From NCBI GenBank assembly GCA_965220805.1, contig OZ244844.1, forward strand, positions 3,527,262-3,591,261: a stretch of DNA of 64,000 nucleotides, written 5' to 3'. The notes beneath the pieces are model-generated. The model saw only the letters and a program-made list of their open reading frames with translations, searched no databases and had not been told where the DNA came from. Of this stretch, positions 42,827 through 52,068 are shown in pieces. Source of the DNA: Alphaproteobacteria bacterium (GTDB lineage: Bacteria > Pseudomonadota > Alphaproteobacteria > SP197). The first letter of the stretch is position 1. Every line of letters starts with the position of its first letter. The translations under genes and the position numbers were made by a program.

Positions 42827-44356
42827 ATGACGACGGCAGGCAGCAGACGGCGCTCCCGGCGGCGCGGCGGAACATCCTTCTTCAGCACTGCGCCAATGAC
42901 ACCGACCAGGCGGCGCTTGCCTGTCTTTGAACCCTTTGGCGAGGACGTACTCGAGGCCATCGAGAGGCAGGCGGACTGGATCCTCGATACCGTCGGCGTT
43001 GACTTTCGCGGGGATGATGTCGCCCTGGCACTCTTCCGGTCAGCCGGAGCGCGTGTCGAGAACCAGCGTGTCAGGATGGAACCGGGTCAGGCCCGCGCGC
43101 TGTGCGCGTCGGCGCCCGAGACCTTCGTGCTTCACGCACGCAATCCCGAACGAAGCGTCACGCTGGGCGGCGATCACGTGGTGCTGATGCCAGGCTACGG
43201 TTCGCCCTTCGTCACCGATCTTGACCGCGGGCGGCGCTATGCCTCGCTCGAGGATTTCAGGAACTTCGTCCGCCTCACGTTCATGACGCCGTGGCTCGGT
43301 CACTCCGGCGGCACGGTGTGCGAACCCGTCGATATCCCCGTCAACAAGCGTCATCTTGACATGGTGATGGCCCACCTCACGCTCTCCGACAAGCCCTTCA
43401 TGGGAGCGGTGACCACGCCGCAACGTGCGCGTGATTCGATCGACATGGCCCGTATCGCCTTCTCGCCGCAGGTGCTGGAAGACAACGCGGTCATTCAGGC
43501 CAACATCAATGTCAATTCTCCACTGGTCTACGACGCCAGCATGTCGGCAGCCCTCAGGGTCTATGCAGAGACCAACCAGTGTGTCGCGGTCTCTCCTTCG
43601 GTCATCGGCGGCGCCATGGGCCCGCTCACTCCTGCGGCCATCTGCGCCCAGACACTGGCGGAGGGCATGGCGGGAATCGCGCTCGCCCAGCTCGTCCGCC
43701 CCGGCTGCCCCTGTGTTCTCGGTAGTTTCCACGCCACCATGAACCTGAAGTCAGGAGCGCTCACCTTTGGCACGCCCGAGGCCAACCTCGTCACATTCGC
43801 CCTGGCACAGCTCGGCCGCAGGCTTCGCGTTCCCGTGCGTTCCGGCGGCGGCCAGATCACGGCTTCCAACACGCCTGACGGACAGGCGATGCAGGACAGC
43901 ACCAGCGCCATGTGGGCCACGATGATCTCCGGTGCCCACCAGATCTGGCATGCTGCCGGATGGCTCGAGGCTGGCCTTACCATGTCCTACGAGAAGTTCG
44001 TCATGGATGTCGATCACAGCGGCATGATGCTCCGCATGCTCCAGGGATTCCGCGCCGAGTCCGAGGACCTCGCAGCCGACGCCTATATCGAGGCGGCCCC
44101 GGGTGAGAACCACCTCGCGACGGCCCATACATTGCGCCGGTACCGGAGTGCGAATTTCATGCCCGTGATACCGGAGCCGGGCTCCTGGGAAGCCTGGTCC
44201 GGTGACGGATCGCGCCGCGTGGAGGAACGGGCCAACGCCGTGTGGAAGACGATGCTTGAGTCCTTCGAGGCCCCAGCGATCGATGATGCGGTCGCAGATG
44301 CCCTCAACGATTTCGTCACCCGGCGCAAGGCATCGATGGAGGATGCCTGGTACTGA
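42827..44356 (+). CDS. MttB-superfamily (trimethylamine methyltransferase-like) protein, non-pyrrolysine type
   Basis: Arg-rich N-terminus, then MttB-family blocks (VLMPGYGSPFVTD, NSPLVYD, GGAMGP, SGAHQIWHAAGWLEAGL). Uninterrupted ORF with no in-frame TAG. Confidence 0.8.
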   Translation: MTTAGSRRRSRRRGGTSFFSTAPMTPTRRRLPVFEPFGEDVLEAIERQADWILDTVGVDFRGDDVALALFRSAGARVENQRVRMEPGQARALCASAPETFVLHARNPERSVTLGGDHVVLMPGYGSPFVTDLDRGRRYASLEDFRNFVRLTFMTPWLGHSGGTVCEPVDIPVNKRHLDMVMAHLTLSDKPFMGAVTTPQRARDSIDMARIAFSPQVLEDNAVIQANINVNSPLVYDASMSAALRVYAETNQCVAVSPSVIGGAMGPLTPAAICAQTLAEGMAGIALAQLVRPGCPCVLGSFHATMNLKSGALTFGTPEANLVTFALAQLGRRLRVPVRSGGGQITASNTPDGQAMQDSTSAMWATMISGAHQIWHAAGWLEAGLTMSYEKFVMDVDHSGMMLRMLQGFRAESEDLAADAYIEAAPGENHLATAHTLRRYRSANFMPVIPEPGSWEAWSGDGSRRVEERANAVWKTMLESFEAPAIDDAVADALNDFVTRRKASMEDAWY

Positions 44357-44390
44357 CATCGGGCACGTGTCGGGAACACAAGGGTCCAAC

Positions 44391-45584
44391 TTACAGGAAG
44401 ACGAAGCCGGCGGCTCCGGCGAGCAGCACAACCGCCCAGGGGGGCGTCTTCCAGGCTGCGAGCGCTACGAAGGAGGCTGCGGCGATGGCGGTCGCCAGGG
44501 GCGAGATGAGGCCGGCAGAGAGGATCGGGTCATAGAACACCGCAGCAAGCAGTCCCACGACCGCGGCGTTGACGCCGGCAAAGGCGCGCCGGGACGGGGG
44601 CGCACGGCGCAAGTGTCCCTGAAAGTGCAGGCCGCTGACAATGAGGAGTGCCGAGGGGAAGAAAATCGCCAACAACGCCAGCAGGGCTGCCAATGCAGAC
44701 GGTGGCGTCTCCATAACGGCGCCAAGGTAGGCAGCGAATGTGAACAATGGCCCGGGAACCGCCTGCGCCGCACCGTATCCGGCAAGAAAGGCTTCGCGAT
44801 CGACCATGCCGGTATCCACTACCTCGGCCTCGAGAAGGGGCAAGACGACATGCCCGCCGCCGAAGACCATCGAACCCGCGCGATAGAAGGCATCGATGAG
44901 AGGCCATGGGCCGTCAACGATGAGACCGGATACCACCGGAAGTGCCGTCAGGAGAAGGAAGAAGACAAGCAGGGCCAGAATGGCAGCCGTGCGGCCGACG
45001 GGTACCGCCATCAGCTCTTCCCCGTCCGGCGCCGTCTCATCGCGCAACCAGACAAGACCGGCGAGCCCTCCCCCGACGATGACCATCAGCTGCCCGGTGG
45101 CGAAGGGAATCAACATGGCGCCAATCATGCCGGCGACTGCAATCGTGCCCCTCTTGCGGTCCGGCGCCAGACTGCGCGCCATGCCGATGAGGGCGTGGGC
45201 CACAACGGCGACCGCGGCGGCCTTCAATCCGTGTATCCAGCCGGTACCCAGAGCCGCTTCGAGCTCGCCGGCCCCGAAGGCGAAAGCGGTGAGAAGCAGT
45301 GCTGAAGGGAGTGTGAATCCGAGCCACGCCGCCAACAATCCGCCGTAACCGGCGCGCATGAGTCCGATCGCCATGCCAACCTGACTCGAGGCGGGGCCGG
45401 GAAGAAGCTGCCCCAGGGCGACGACATCGCCATATGCCCTGTCGCTCATCCATTGGAGCCGCACGACAAAGGCCTCGCGAAAGTAGCCAAGATGGGCCAC
45501 GGGCCCTCCGAAAGAGGTGAGACCCAGAACGAGAAAGACGCGAAAGACCTCAAACGGTGAACCGCGCGTCCCTCCGGACGTCAT
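44391..45584 (-). CDS. chrA: Chromate ion transporter (CHR family), long two-domain form
   Basis: FLVLGLTSFGGPVAHLGYFR and LPGPASSQV motifs, duplicated CHR halves. ATGA overlap with the hpnE stop. Confidence 0.85.
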   Translation of the reverse strand: MTSGGTRGSPFEVFRVFLVLGLTSFGGPVAHLGYFREAFVVRLQWMSDRAYGDVVALGQLLPGPASSQVGMAIGLMRAGYGGLLAAWLGFTLPSALLLTAFAFGAGELEAALGTGWIHGLKAAAVAVVAHALIGMARSLAPDRKRGTIAVAGMIGAMLIPFATGQLMVIVGGGLAGLVWLRDETAPDGEELMAVPVGRTAAILALLVFFLLLTALPVVSGLIVDGPWPLIDAFYRAGSMVFGGGHVVLPLLEAEVVDTGMVDREAFLAGYGAAQAVPGPLFTFAAYLGAVMETPPSALAALLALLAIFFPSALLIVSGLHFQGHLRRAPPSRRAFAGVNAAVVGLLAAVFYDPILSAGLISPLATAIAAASFVALAAWKTPPWAVVLLAGAAGFVFL

Positions 45585-46834
45585 GCGTCCCCGCAGGCCC
45601 GGGCGGCGCGCTTGCCGGAAAGAACAGCTCCCTCGATCGTCGCCGGAAGACCCGTATCCGTCCAGTCACCGGCCAGGTACATGTTGGCGAACGAGGTACG
45701 GGTTGCGGGACGCATGGCGATGGTGTCGGGATCCTGCGAAATCGTCGCACGGCGTTCCTTGATGACACGCCAGGGCGGCAACGTGTCCGGATCGGAATCG
45801 AGAACCGCAGCCACGTCACGCCATGCCGTCATCGCGATATCATCCAGTGTCCGGCGAATCATGTCGTTGGCCGCACTGACCGTGACGGAAACAACCTGGT
45901 CCCGTACAAAGATCCACTGGGCCATGCCTCCGATCAATCCGACAAAGGGCTGGCCACCGGGAAGCACGGCTGGCCCGGGCAGGCGAAAGTGGACATTGAC
46001 GATCCCCTGATGCTTGCGCGGGACCTCGAGGCCTGTCACGAGATCACCGGCGACCGACGCAGGCAGGGCAAGGATCACGCTGTCTCCCTCCAACAGGGTG
46101 ATGCTGGTCGAGGCAAAGTCCAGCCTCTCCACTCTGCCGGCTGACGTCTGCAAGGCGCTGAGCCGACTGGAAAGCCTGATGTCGACTCCCTTCGACGCGA
46201 GGTATCCCAGCGCCGGATCAATGAAGGTGGCTGAGAGCGAGTGTGAGGCGACGAGAGGACGGCAACAGGACTCTCCCTTCATGAGCGTTCTCCGGAGTGC
46301 CTGGCGCAACAGTCCCGCCGAAGCGTCCGCGAGCGGCGTGTTGAGAACCGCGACGGTGAGAGGTTCCCAGAAGCACGTCACAAGCCTTCCCGATCGCCCC
46401 ACGCACTCTCCCACCGTCCGGCTTTCACCGGCAGTGATGACAGAAAGTGCGGAGAGATACTGAACCGGCGTGGTAAGCGGAACACGGCGTTGTGGATCGA
46501 GAATCCACCACGGTATCCGTCCCCCGCCGGGCCGCACGGTCCACTGTCGTGCATCGCGCACGTCAACAAAGGGATACGCGGCAGGTACCGGTCCCGTGAC
46601 CTGATCAGCCGCACCAATGGTATCGAGGTACAGAAGGGTGTGACGGTTGCCGGTCATCAACAGATGATTGCCGTTGTCAATCCGGCACTCGAGCCGGGAA
46701 TCAAGAAGAGACCGGCATCGTCCCCCAGCCTGTGCGGCTGCCTCGTGGAGCACCACGCGCTTTCCGCTGCCCGCCAGACACACGGCGGCCGAGAGACCCG
46801 CGAGGCCGGCACCGATAATGTGAACAACGGGCAC
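45581..46834 (-). CDS. hpnE: Hydroxysqualene dehydroxylase (squalene-associated FAD-dependent desaturase) HpnE
   Basis: VHIIGAGLAGLSAAV...HEAAAQAGGRCRS...IDNGNHLL N-terminus typical of HpnE. Sits immediately downstream of hpnD. Confidence 0.8.
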   Translation of the reverse strand: MPVVHIIGAGLAGLSAAVCLAGSGKRVVLHEAAAQAGGRCRSLLDSRLECRIDNGNHLLMTGNRHTLLYLDTIGAADQVTGPVPAAYPFVDVRDARQWTVRPGGGRIPWWILDPQRRVPLTTPVQYLSALSVITAGESRTVGECVGRSGRLVTCFWEPLTVAVLNTPLADASAGLLRQALRRTLMKGESCCRPLVASHSLSATFIDPALGYLASKGVDIRLSSRLSALQTSAGRVERLDFASTSITLLEGDSVILALPASVAGDLVTGLEVPRKHQGIVNVHFRLPGPAVLPGGQPFVGLIGGMAQWIFVRDQVVSVTVSAANDMIRRTLDDIAMTAWRDVAAVLDSDPDTLPPWRVIKERRATISQDPDTIAMRPATRTSFANMYLAGDWTDTGLPATIEGAVLSGKRAARACGDA

Positions 46835-46846
46835 AGGGCCTGGCCT

Positions 46847-47686
46847 TCAGAGGAGTCCGTATCTGAGTGCAAGCCATACCAGACGCACCTTGGGTGGCTT
46901 CACCGGAACATCGAGTCGGGTCCAGCCCCGCTGCTCCAGGAGATCGAGGATCTCGCTGTAGACCTTCATCATGGCCACGATAGGCCTGATCCGGCGCCGG
47001 CCAATCTCGCTCAGAAGCCGGTCCGCCTCCGCGTAGTGGCGCCGCGCCATCGACGCCAGTTCGGCGCAGACGCCAGCAAAGGCCGGGTGTTTCAAGACCT
47101 CGCCCGGAGAAGCAGCCCCGATACCGTGCCTCGTCAGGATATCCCTGGGGACGTACAGTCTGCCCTCCTTTGCGTCGTCCTCAAGATCACGCAGGATGTT
47201 CGTGATCTGGAACGCGTTTCCCATGGTCTGTGCCATGACCGGTCCCGGGTGTCCGGTGATGCCGAAGACATGGATGATCAGTACACCGACTGCTCCTGCG
47301 ACACGGCGGCAGTAGGCGAAAAGATCTTCCGTTGCGGACATCTCCACTCCCGGAGCAATATCTGTTTCCATGCCGTCGATGATCGCCAGGAACTCCTCCC
47401 TGGGGAGTTCAAAGCGCCTGACGGCCTGATCAAGCGCACGAGCGGTCGGCATGGTGGGAGAACCACCATAGAGTCGGCCGATCTCCTCGCGCCATGCGTC
47501 GAGAGCGGCCTTCCTGGATGCCACGTCGCCCGGGGTGTCCGCGATGTCATCGACTTCCCGGCAGAAGGCATAGATTGCGTACATGGCCCGCCGGCGCTCC
47601 GGCGCAATCACCTTCATGCTCCACAGGAATGACGTGCCGGAACGTGCGATGATACCGTTGACATGTTCCCAGGGGTCGTCGGCCAC
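46847..47686 (-). CDS. hpnD: Presqualene diphosphate synthase HpnD (squalene/phytoene synthase family)
   Basis: YAIYAFCREVDDIAD and ITNILRDLEDDAKEGRLYVP Asp-rich motifs. The start is uncertain: GTG 47686 gives ~280 aa with no overlap, but the ORF stays open to 47845 (ATG 47791, GTG 47752), overlapping the dxs 3' end. Confidence 0.75.
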   Translation of the reverse strand: MADDPWEHVNGIIARSGTSFLWSMKVIAPERRRAMYAIYAFCREVDDIADTPGDVASRKAALDAWREEIGRLYGGSPTMPTARALDQAVRRFELPREEFLAIIDGMETDIAPGVEMSATEDLFAYCRRVAGAVGVLIIHVFGITGHPGPVMAQTMGNAFQITNILRDLEDDAKEGRLYVPRDILTRHGIGAASPGEVLKHPAFAGVCAELASMARRHYAEADRLLSEIGRRRIRPIVAMMKVYSEILDLLEQRGWTRLDVPVKPPKVRLVWLALRYGLL

Positions 47687-47714
47687 GACAGTCTCGGTAG
47701 TCAGAGTATGCGAC

Positions 47715-49634
47715 TCACGAACTGCCCCTCGCCTTCTGGTGCTCCTCCACACCCACTGCAGCGAGGACCGTGGAGACAATTCCCGACGCATCGAGCCCCG
47801 CCTGGCGCACCTGATTCTCGGGTGCATCCTGGTCGAGGAAGGCATCGGGCATGATCACCGGTCTGAAGATAAGGCCGGAATCAAAATGGCCTCCACCGGC
47901 AAGGACATGCATGACCTGAGTGGCAAAGCCGCCGATCGAACCCTCTTCCACCGTCACGAGAACCTCGTGGTTGGTCGCCAGACGCATGATCAGTTCGCCA
48001 TCGACTGGCTTGGCGAAACGTGCATCGGCAACCGTTGTCGAAAGCCCCCTGGCATCCAGCACCACTGCCGCTTCCAGCGCGTCCTGCAACCGGGAACCAT
48101 AGGAAAGGAGCGCAATGCGGGTGCCTTCACGCAAGATCCGGCCGCGCCCGATCTCGAGAGGTTCGCCCCGTTCCGGCATGGGTGCTCCGATCCCTGAGCC
48201 ACGTGGATAGCGAAAGGCGCTCGGACGATCGTCGATGGCCACGGCCGTTGCCACCATGTGCACAAGTTCCGCCTCATCGGCCGGCGCCATGACAACCATG
48301 CCCGGCAGACAGCCCATGTAGGCAATGTCGAAGGCGCCACAGTGGGTTTGACCGTCCGCGCCCACAAATCCGGCACGGTCCATGGCAAAGCGCACCGGCA
48401 GACTCTGGATAGCCACGTCGTGGACAATTTGGTCGAACGCCCGCTGGAGGAAGGTCGAGTAGATGGCCGCGAAGGGTTTCATGCCTTCGGCCGCCAGCCC
48501 CGCTGCAAAAGTGACCGCGTGCTGTTCGGCCAGTCCGACATCAAAGGTGCGCTCGGGAAACACGTCGCCAAATCGGTCAACGCCGGTCCCTGACGGCATT
48601 GCCGCCGTGATCGCCACGATCGAATCGTCGCGCCGCGCCTCGCTGATCAGACTGTCGGCGAACACCTTCGTCCAGCTCGGCTTGTTGCTGGTGCTCTTGG
48701 CGATCTCGCCGGTCGCCACATCGAACTTGCCAACCCCGTGATACCGGTCGCTCGACCCTTCCGCCGGTGCATAGCCCTTTCCCTTTCGGGTGATGGCATG
48801 GATGAGAACCGGTCCCTCGCTTGTATCGTCGCGAACATTACGCAGCACGGGGATCAGGTGGTCCAGGTTGTGACCGTCTATGGGCCCGACATAGAAGAAG
48901 CCGAGTTCCTCGAACAGCGTGCCTCCGGTCAGCATCCCTCGCACATAGCTTTCCGCCCTGTGTGCTGTTTTCCTGACTGTATCGGGAAACCGATCCGAAA
49001 CCTGCAGGCCGATTTCGCGCAAGGACCGGTAGGACTTCGACGAGATGAGCCGCGACAGGTAGGCCGACAGCGCGCCAACGGGCGGGGCGATCGACATGTC
49101 GTTGTCATTCAGGATGACGATCAGTTTGCTGGCGCTCGCACCGGCATTGTTGAGGCCCTCGAACGACATGCCCCCGGTCATGGCGCCATCGCCGATGACG
49201 GCGACCACCCTGTTGGACTTCTCCTGGAGGTCCCGCGCCACGGAGAACCCGAGAGCCGCCGATATCGACGTTGACGCGTGTGCTGCGCCGAACGGATCGT
49301 ACTCGCTCTCCGAGCGCTTCGTGAATCCTGACAGGCCGCCTCCCTTGCGCAGGGTGCGGATCCGGTCCCGTCGTCCGGTCAGGATCTTGTGGGGGTACAC
49401 CTGATGGCCGACATCCCAGATGATCCGGTCGCCTGGCGTGTCAAAGAGATAGTGGAGCGCCACGGTCAGTTCGACCACCCCAAGACCTGCGCCAAGATGG
49501 CCTCCGGTGACCGACACCGCATCGATGGTCTCTGCCCGCAGCTCGTCGGCGATCTGCCCGAGCGCATCGACCGGCAGTTTCCTGAGGTCGCCTGGAACCC
49601 TGATCGTGTCGAGAAGAGGAGTGTCAGCCACCAT
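47715..49634 (-). CDS. dxs: 1-deoxy-D-xylulose-5-phosphate synthase
   Basis: [33 protein letters not shown] (TPP motif). ATG 49634 has GGGAGA upstream. Confidence 0.95.
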   Translation of the reverse strand: MVADTPLLDTIRVPGDLRKLPVDALGQIADELRAETIDAVSVTGGHLGAGLGVVELTVALHYLFDTPGDRIIWDVGHQVYPHKILTGRRDRIRTLRKGGGLSGFTKRSESEYDPFGAAHASTSISAALGFSVARDLQEKSNRVVAVIGDGAMTGGMSFEGLNNAGASASKLIVILNDNDMSIAPPVGALSAYLSRLISSKSYRSLREIGLQVSDRFPDTVRKTAHRAESYVRGMLTGGTLFEELGFFYVGPIDGHNLDHLIPVLRNVRDDTSEGPVLIHAITRKGKGYAPAEGSSDRYHGVGKFDVATGEIAKSTSNKPSWTKVFADSLISEARRDDSIVAITAAMPSGTGVDRFGDVFPERTFDVGLAEQHAVTFAAGLAAEGMKPFAAIYSTFLQRAFDQIVHDVAIQSLPVRFAMDRAGFVGADGQTHCGAFDIAYMGCLPGMVVMAPADEAELVHMVATAVAIDDRPSAFRYPRGSGIGAPMPERGEPLEIGRGRILREGTRIALLSYGSRLQDALEAAVVLDARGLSTTVADARFAKPVDGELIMRLATNHEVLVTVEEGSIGGFATQVMHVLAGGGHFDSGLIFRPVIMPDAFLDQDAPENQVRQAGLDASGIVSTVLAAVGVEEHQKARGSS

Positions 49635-49783
49635 CCGATCTCCCGGAAATGAGGGAGATACTACAGGATCGGGGCACTGCACGCCACTTAGGGTGCCAGC
49701 CACGTCGCCGGTTTGCCGGATGGTGGTGGAGCATTGACCCCCAGTCCTCGACTACAGGGGGCCGGTAGTCCGATCCGGACCGG

Positions 49784-50266
49784 TCAGCCCAGTTGCTCGA
49801 TCATGGTCTCCGCACTGGTCGAGGAAAAGCCGTCTTCGTCTACATTGACCTGCTTGACCACGCCATCCTCGACGAGGATCGAGAACCGCTTCCCGCGCAT
49901 GCCGAAGGCAACTCCGGAGAGATCGAGTTCCAGCCCCAGCGCCCTCGAGTAGTCGGCATTGCCGTCGGCCAGCATGAGGACACTGTCTCCGACCCCCTGG
50001 TGCTCACCCCAGGCTCCCATGACAAAGGCGTCGTTGACCGCCATGCAGGCAATGGTGTCCACGCCCTTGCCCCTGATCGTGCCGGCATGGGTGACAAACC
50101 CTGGCAGGTGTTCGTTCGAACAGGTGGGGGTAAAGGCGCCGGGAACGGAGAAGAGGACCACCCTCTTCCCGGCAAAGAGCTCGTCGGTCGAGACCGGTGC
50201 CGGACCGCCCGCCGTCATGGTGTGAAGTGTTCCCGATGGCATGTTGTCGCCGACACTGATCGTCAT
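49784..50266 (-). CDS. Peroxiredoxin, Prx5 subfamily
   Basis: VLFSVPGAFTPTCS peroxidatic-Cys motif; 160 aa from ATG 50266. Confidence 0.85.
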   Translation of the reverse strand: MTISVGDNMPSGTLHTMTAGGPAPVSTDELFAGKRVVLFSVPGAFTPTCSNEHLPGFVTHAGTIRGKGVDTIACMAVNDAFVMGAWGEHQGVGDSVLMLADGNADYSRALGLELDLSGVAFGMRGKRFSILVEDGVVKQVNVDEDGFSSTSAETMIEQLG

Positions 50267-50409
50267 GGTCTCTTTCCTTTCGCCCGGGTTGGGTGATCTG
50301 TGCCGTGGTATATGGACCGACCGGCATCCTTCCTCAACCCCCTCCTGGTCCGTTGATGCAAAAGTCCGCGGCAACGGCTATGATGAACCCCGGCCGTGGA
50401 CATGGATTC

Positions 50410-50997
50410 ATGAACGAACCAATGGACGACGACAGCCAGCTCGAAGGACGCTGCCTGATTGCCATGCCGACGATCGGTGATCCGCGATTTGAACGGACCG
50501 TGATCTACATGTGCTCCCACAGCGACAAGGGTGCGATGGGGCTGGTCGTCAACAAGTCACTGGAGAGCATCACCGTCGATGATGTCGTCGAACGCCTCGG
50601 TCTCGATCCAGGCGACAGCGGCGATGGAATCCGCGTGCACTTCGGCGGTCCCGTGGAGACAGGACGGGGTTTTGTGCTGCATTCCGACGACTACGTGCGT
50701 GACGGAACGTTGCAGATTTCAGGGGGCATTGCTCTCACCGCCACTGTCGATGTCCTCAAGGCGATGATCCGGGGGGACGGCCCCCGCAACAGCCTGCTCG
50801 CTCTCGGCTACGCCGGGTGGGCGCCAGGCCAGCTCGATGCCGAAATCCAGAACAATGGCTGGCTGGTCTGTGACGCTGACCCCGAGCTCCTCTTCGACAG
50901 CGACCTCGATGGCAAGTGGACGGGGGCGCTGACGAAACTCGGCATCGACCCGGCCATGCTGGCCACCGACGTGGGCGGCACAGGCAAGCCGAACTGA
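50410..50997 (+). CDS. YqgE/AlgH-family (UPF0301) protein
   Basis: GRCLIAMPTIGDPRFERTVIYMCSHSDKGAMGLVVNK signature. Several candidate starts exist (50356-50422). Confidence 0.8.
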   Translation: MNEPMDDDSQLEGRCLIAMPTIGDPRFERTVIYMCSHSDKGAMGLVVNKSLESITVDDVVERLGLDPGDSGDGIRVHFGGPVETGRGFVLHSDDYVRDGTLQISGGIALTATVDVLKAMIRGDGPRNSLLALGYAGWAPGQLDAEIQNNGWLVCDADPELLFDSDLDGKWTGALTKLGIDPAMLATDVGGTGKPN

Positions 50998-51079
50998 CCT
51001 CATCCTCTCGAGGTCATCCTCACCATCGGACAGTAGCAATTGATCGTGGTCAATCCTCCTGGTCCCTGCCGGGTGTGCA

Positions 51080-51985
51080 TCAGTTGCCCGCACGAGAGAC
51101 CATCGCCACTCCAACCACTGCCACCATCATGCCGACGACCGCCAGCGCAGCGAGGGACTCGTCAAAGATGAGCCAGCCCATCACTGCGGTGGTGGGCGGA
51201 CTGAGATAGATCAGGCTGGTACCCCTGGTAGCAGCACCACGGGTCACGAGAGAGTAGAAAACCATCATGGCGATGACCGAGAGCACCACCGCTGACCACA
51301 GGAGGGCGAACAGGTACTCTCCGGTCCACGATACCTCCATGGTCTCGAAAGTGGCGGCCAGGGCAAGGATCACCACACAACTGACGGTGTTCTGGATCGC
51401 CACCGTGGTACGCAGATCGAAGACCGCACAGAACTTCTTCTGGTAAAGCGTGCCGGTCGTGATCGCCGCAAGTCCGACGAGTCCGAGCACATAGCCGAAC
51501 CAGACGGCCTCACCGAGGACGACCCTCTCCACCACGACCAGGCTCAGACCGCCAAACCCCAGCGCCAGCCCGAGCCATTGAAAGCGAGTCACCGACTCGC
51601 GGAGAAACGGCCCGGCCAGTGCCCCGGTGACCAATGGTTGCAGCCCGACGATCAGTGCCATGACGCCGATGGAGACACCGAGATAGATGCCGCAATAGAC
51701 ACCGATCAGATAGAGGCTCTGCACCAGCAGGCCGGCAACCGCGATGTGACCGTAGTCGCGCAGACGCCGCGGCCAAGAGGTGCGCAGGACCAGACAAAGC
51801 ACGAGAAGGAGCACACTGGCGATGACAAATCGCGTACCAAGGAATGTCAGGGGTTCGGCGTAGGGGGAGCCGAACTTCGCGGCAACGAACCCGGTTGCCC
51901 AGAACAGGACGAACACCACCGCAAGCGAGGCGAACATCAGCGGCGAATGCGGGGCAGGATGAGCGTTCGACATCAAGATCCACAA
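51080..51985 (-). CDS. DMT-superfamily (EamA-like) transporter
   Basis: About ten hydrophobic helices in two EamA-like halves. Confidence 0.75.
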   Translation of the reverse strand: MWILMSNAHPAPHSPLMFASLAVVFVLFWATGFVAAKFGSPYAEPLTFLGTRFVIASVLLLVLCLVLRTSWPRRLRDYGHIAVAGLLVQSLYLIGVYCGIYLGVSIGVMALIVGLQPLVTGALAGPFLRESVTRFQWLGLALGFGGLSLVVVERVVLGEAVWFGYVLGLVGLAAITTGTLYQKKFCAVFDLRTTVAIQNTVSCVVILALAATFETMEVSWTGEYLFALLWSAVVLSVIAMMVFYSLVTRGAATRGTSLIYLSPPTTAVMGWLIFDESLAALAVVGMMVAVVGVAMVSRAGN

Positions 51986-52068
51986 TTCGCCATCACACCC
52001 GCAGTTCGCCCGGGATCATGACTCGACGGGGAGACTGGCCGGATAACTCGCGCGCTGGACTTGCGGGT

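Noticed and set aside
42827-44356. Pyrrolysine (in-frame UAG) read-through in the MttB homologue
   Set aside because: The ORF is continuous with no internal amber codon. No pyl genes are in the window.
44391-45584. Chromate-resistance island
   Set aside because: Only chrA is present (no chrB, chrC or chrF and no mobile-element genes). It is embedded in an isoprenoid gene string.
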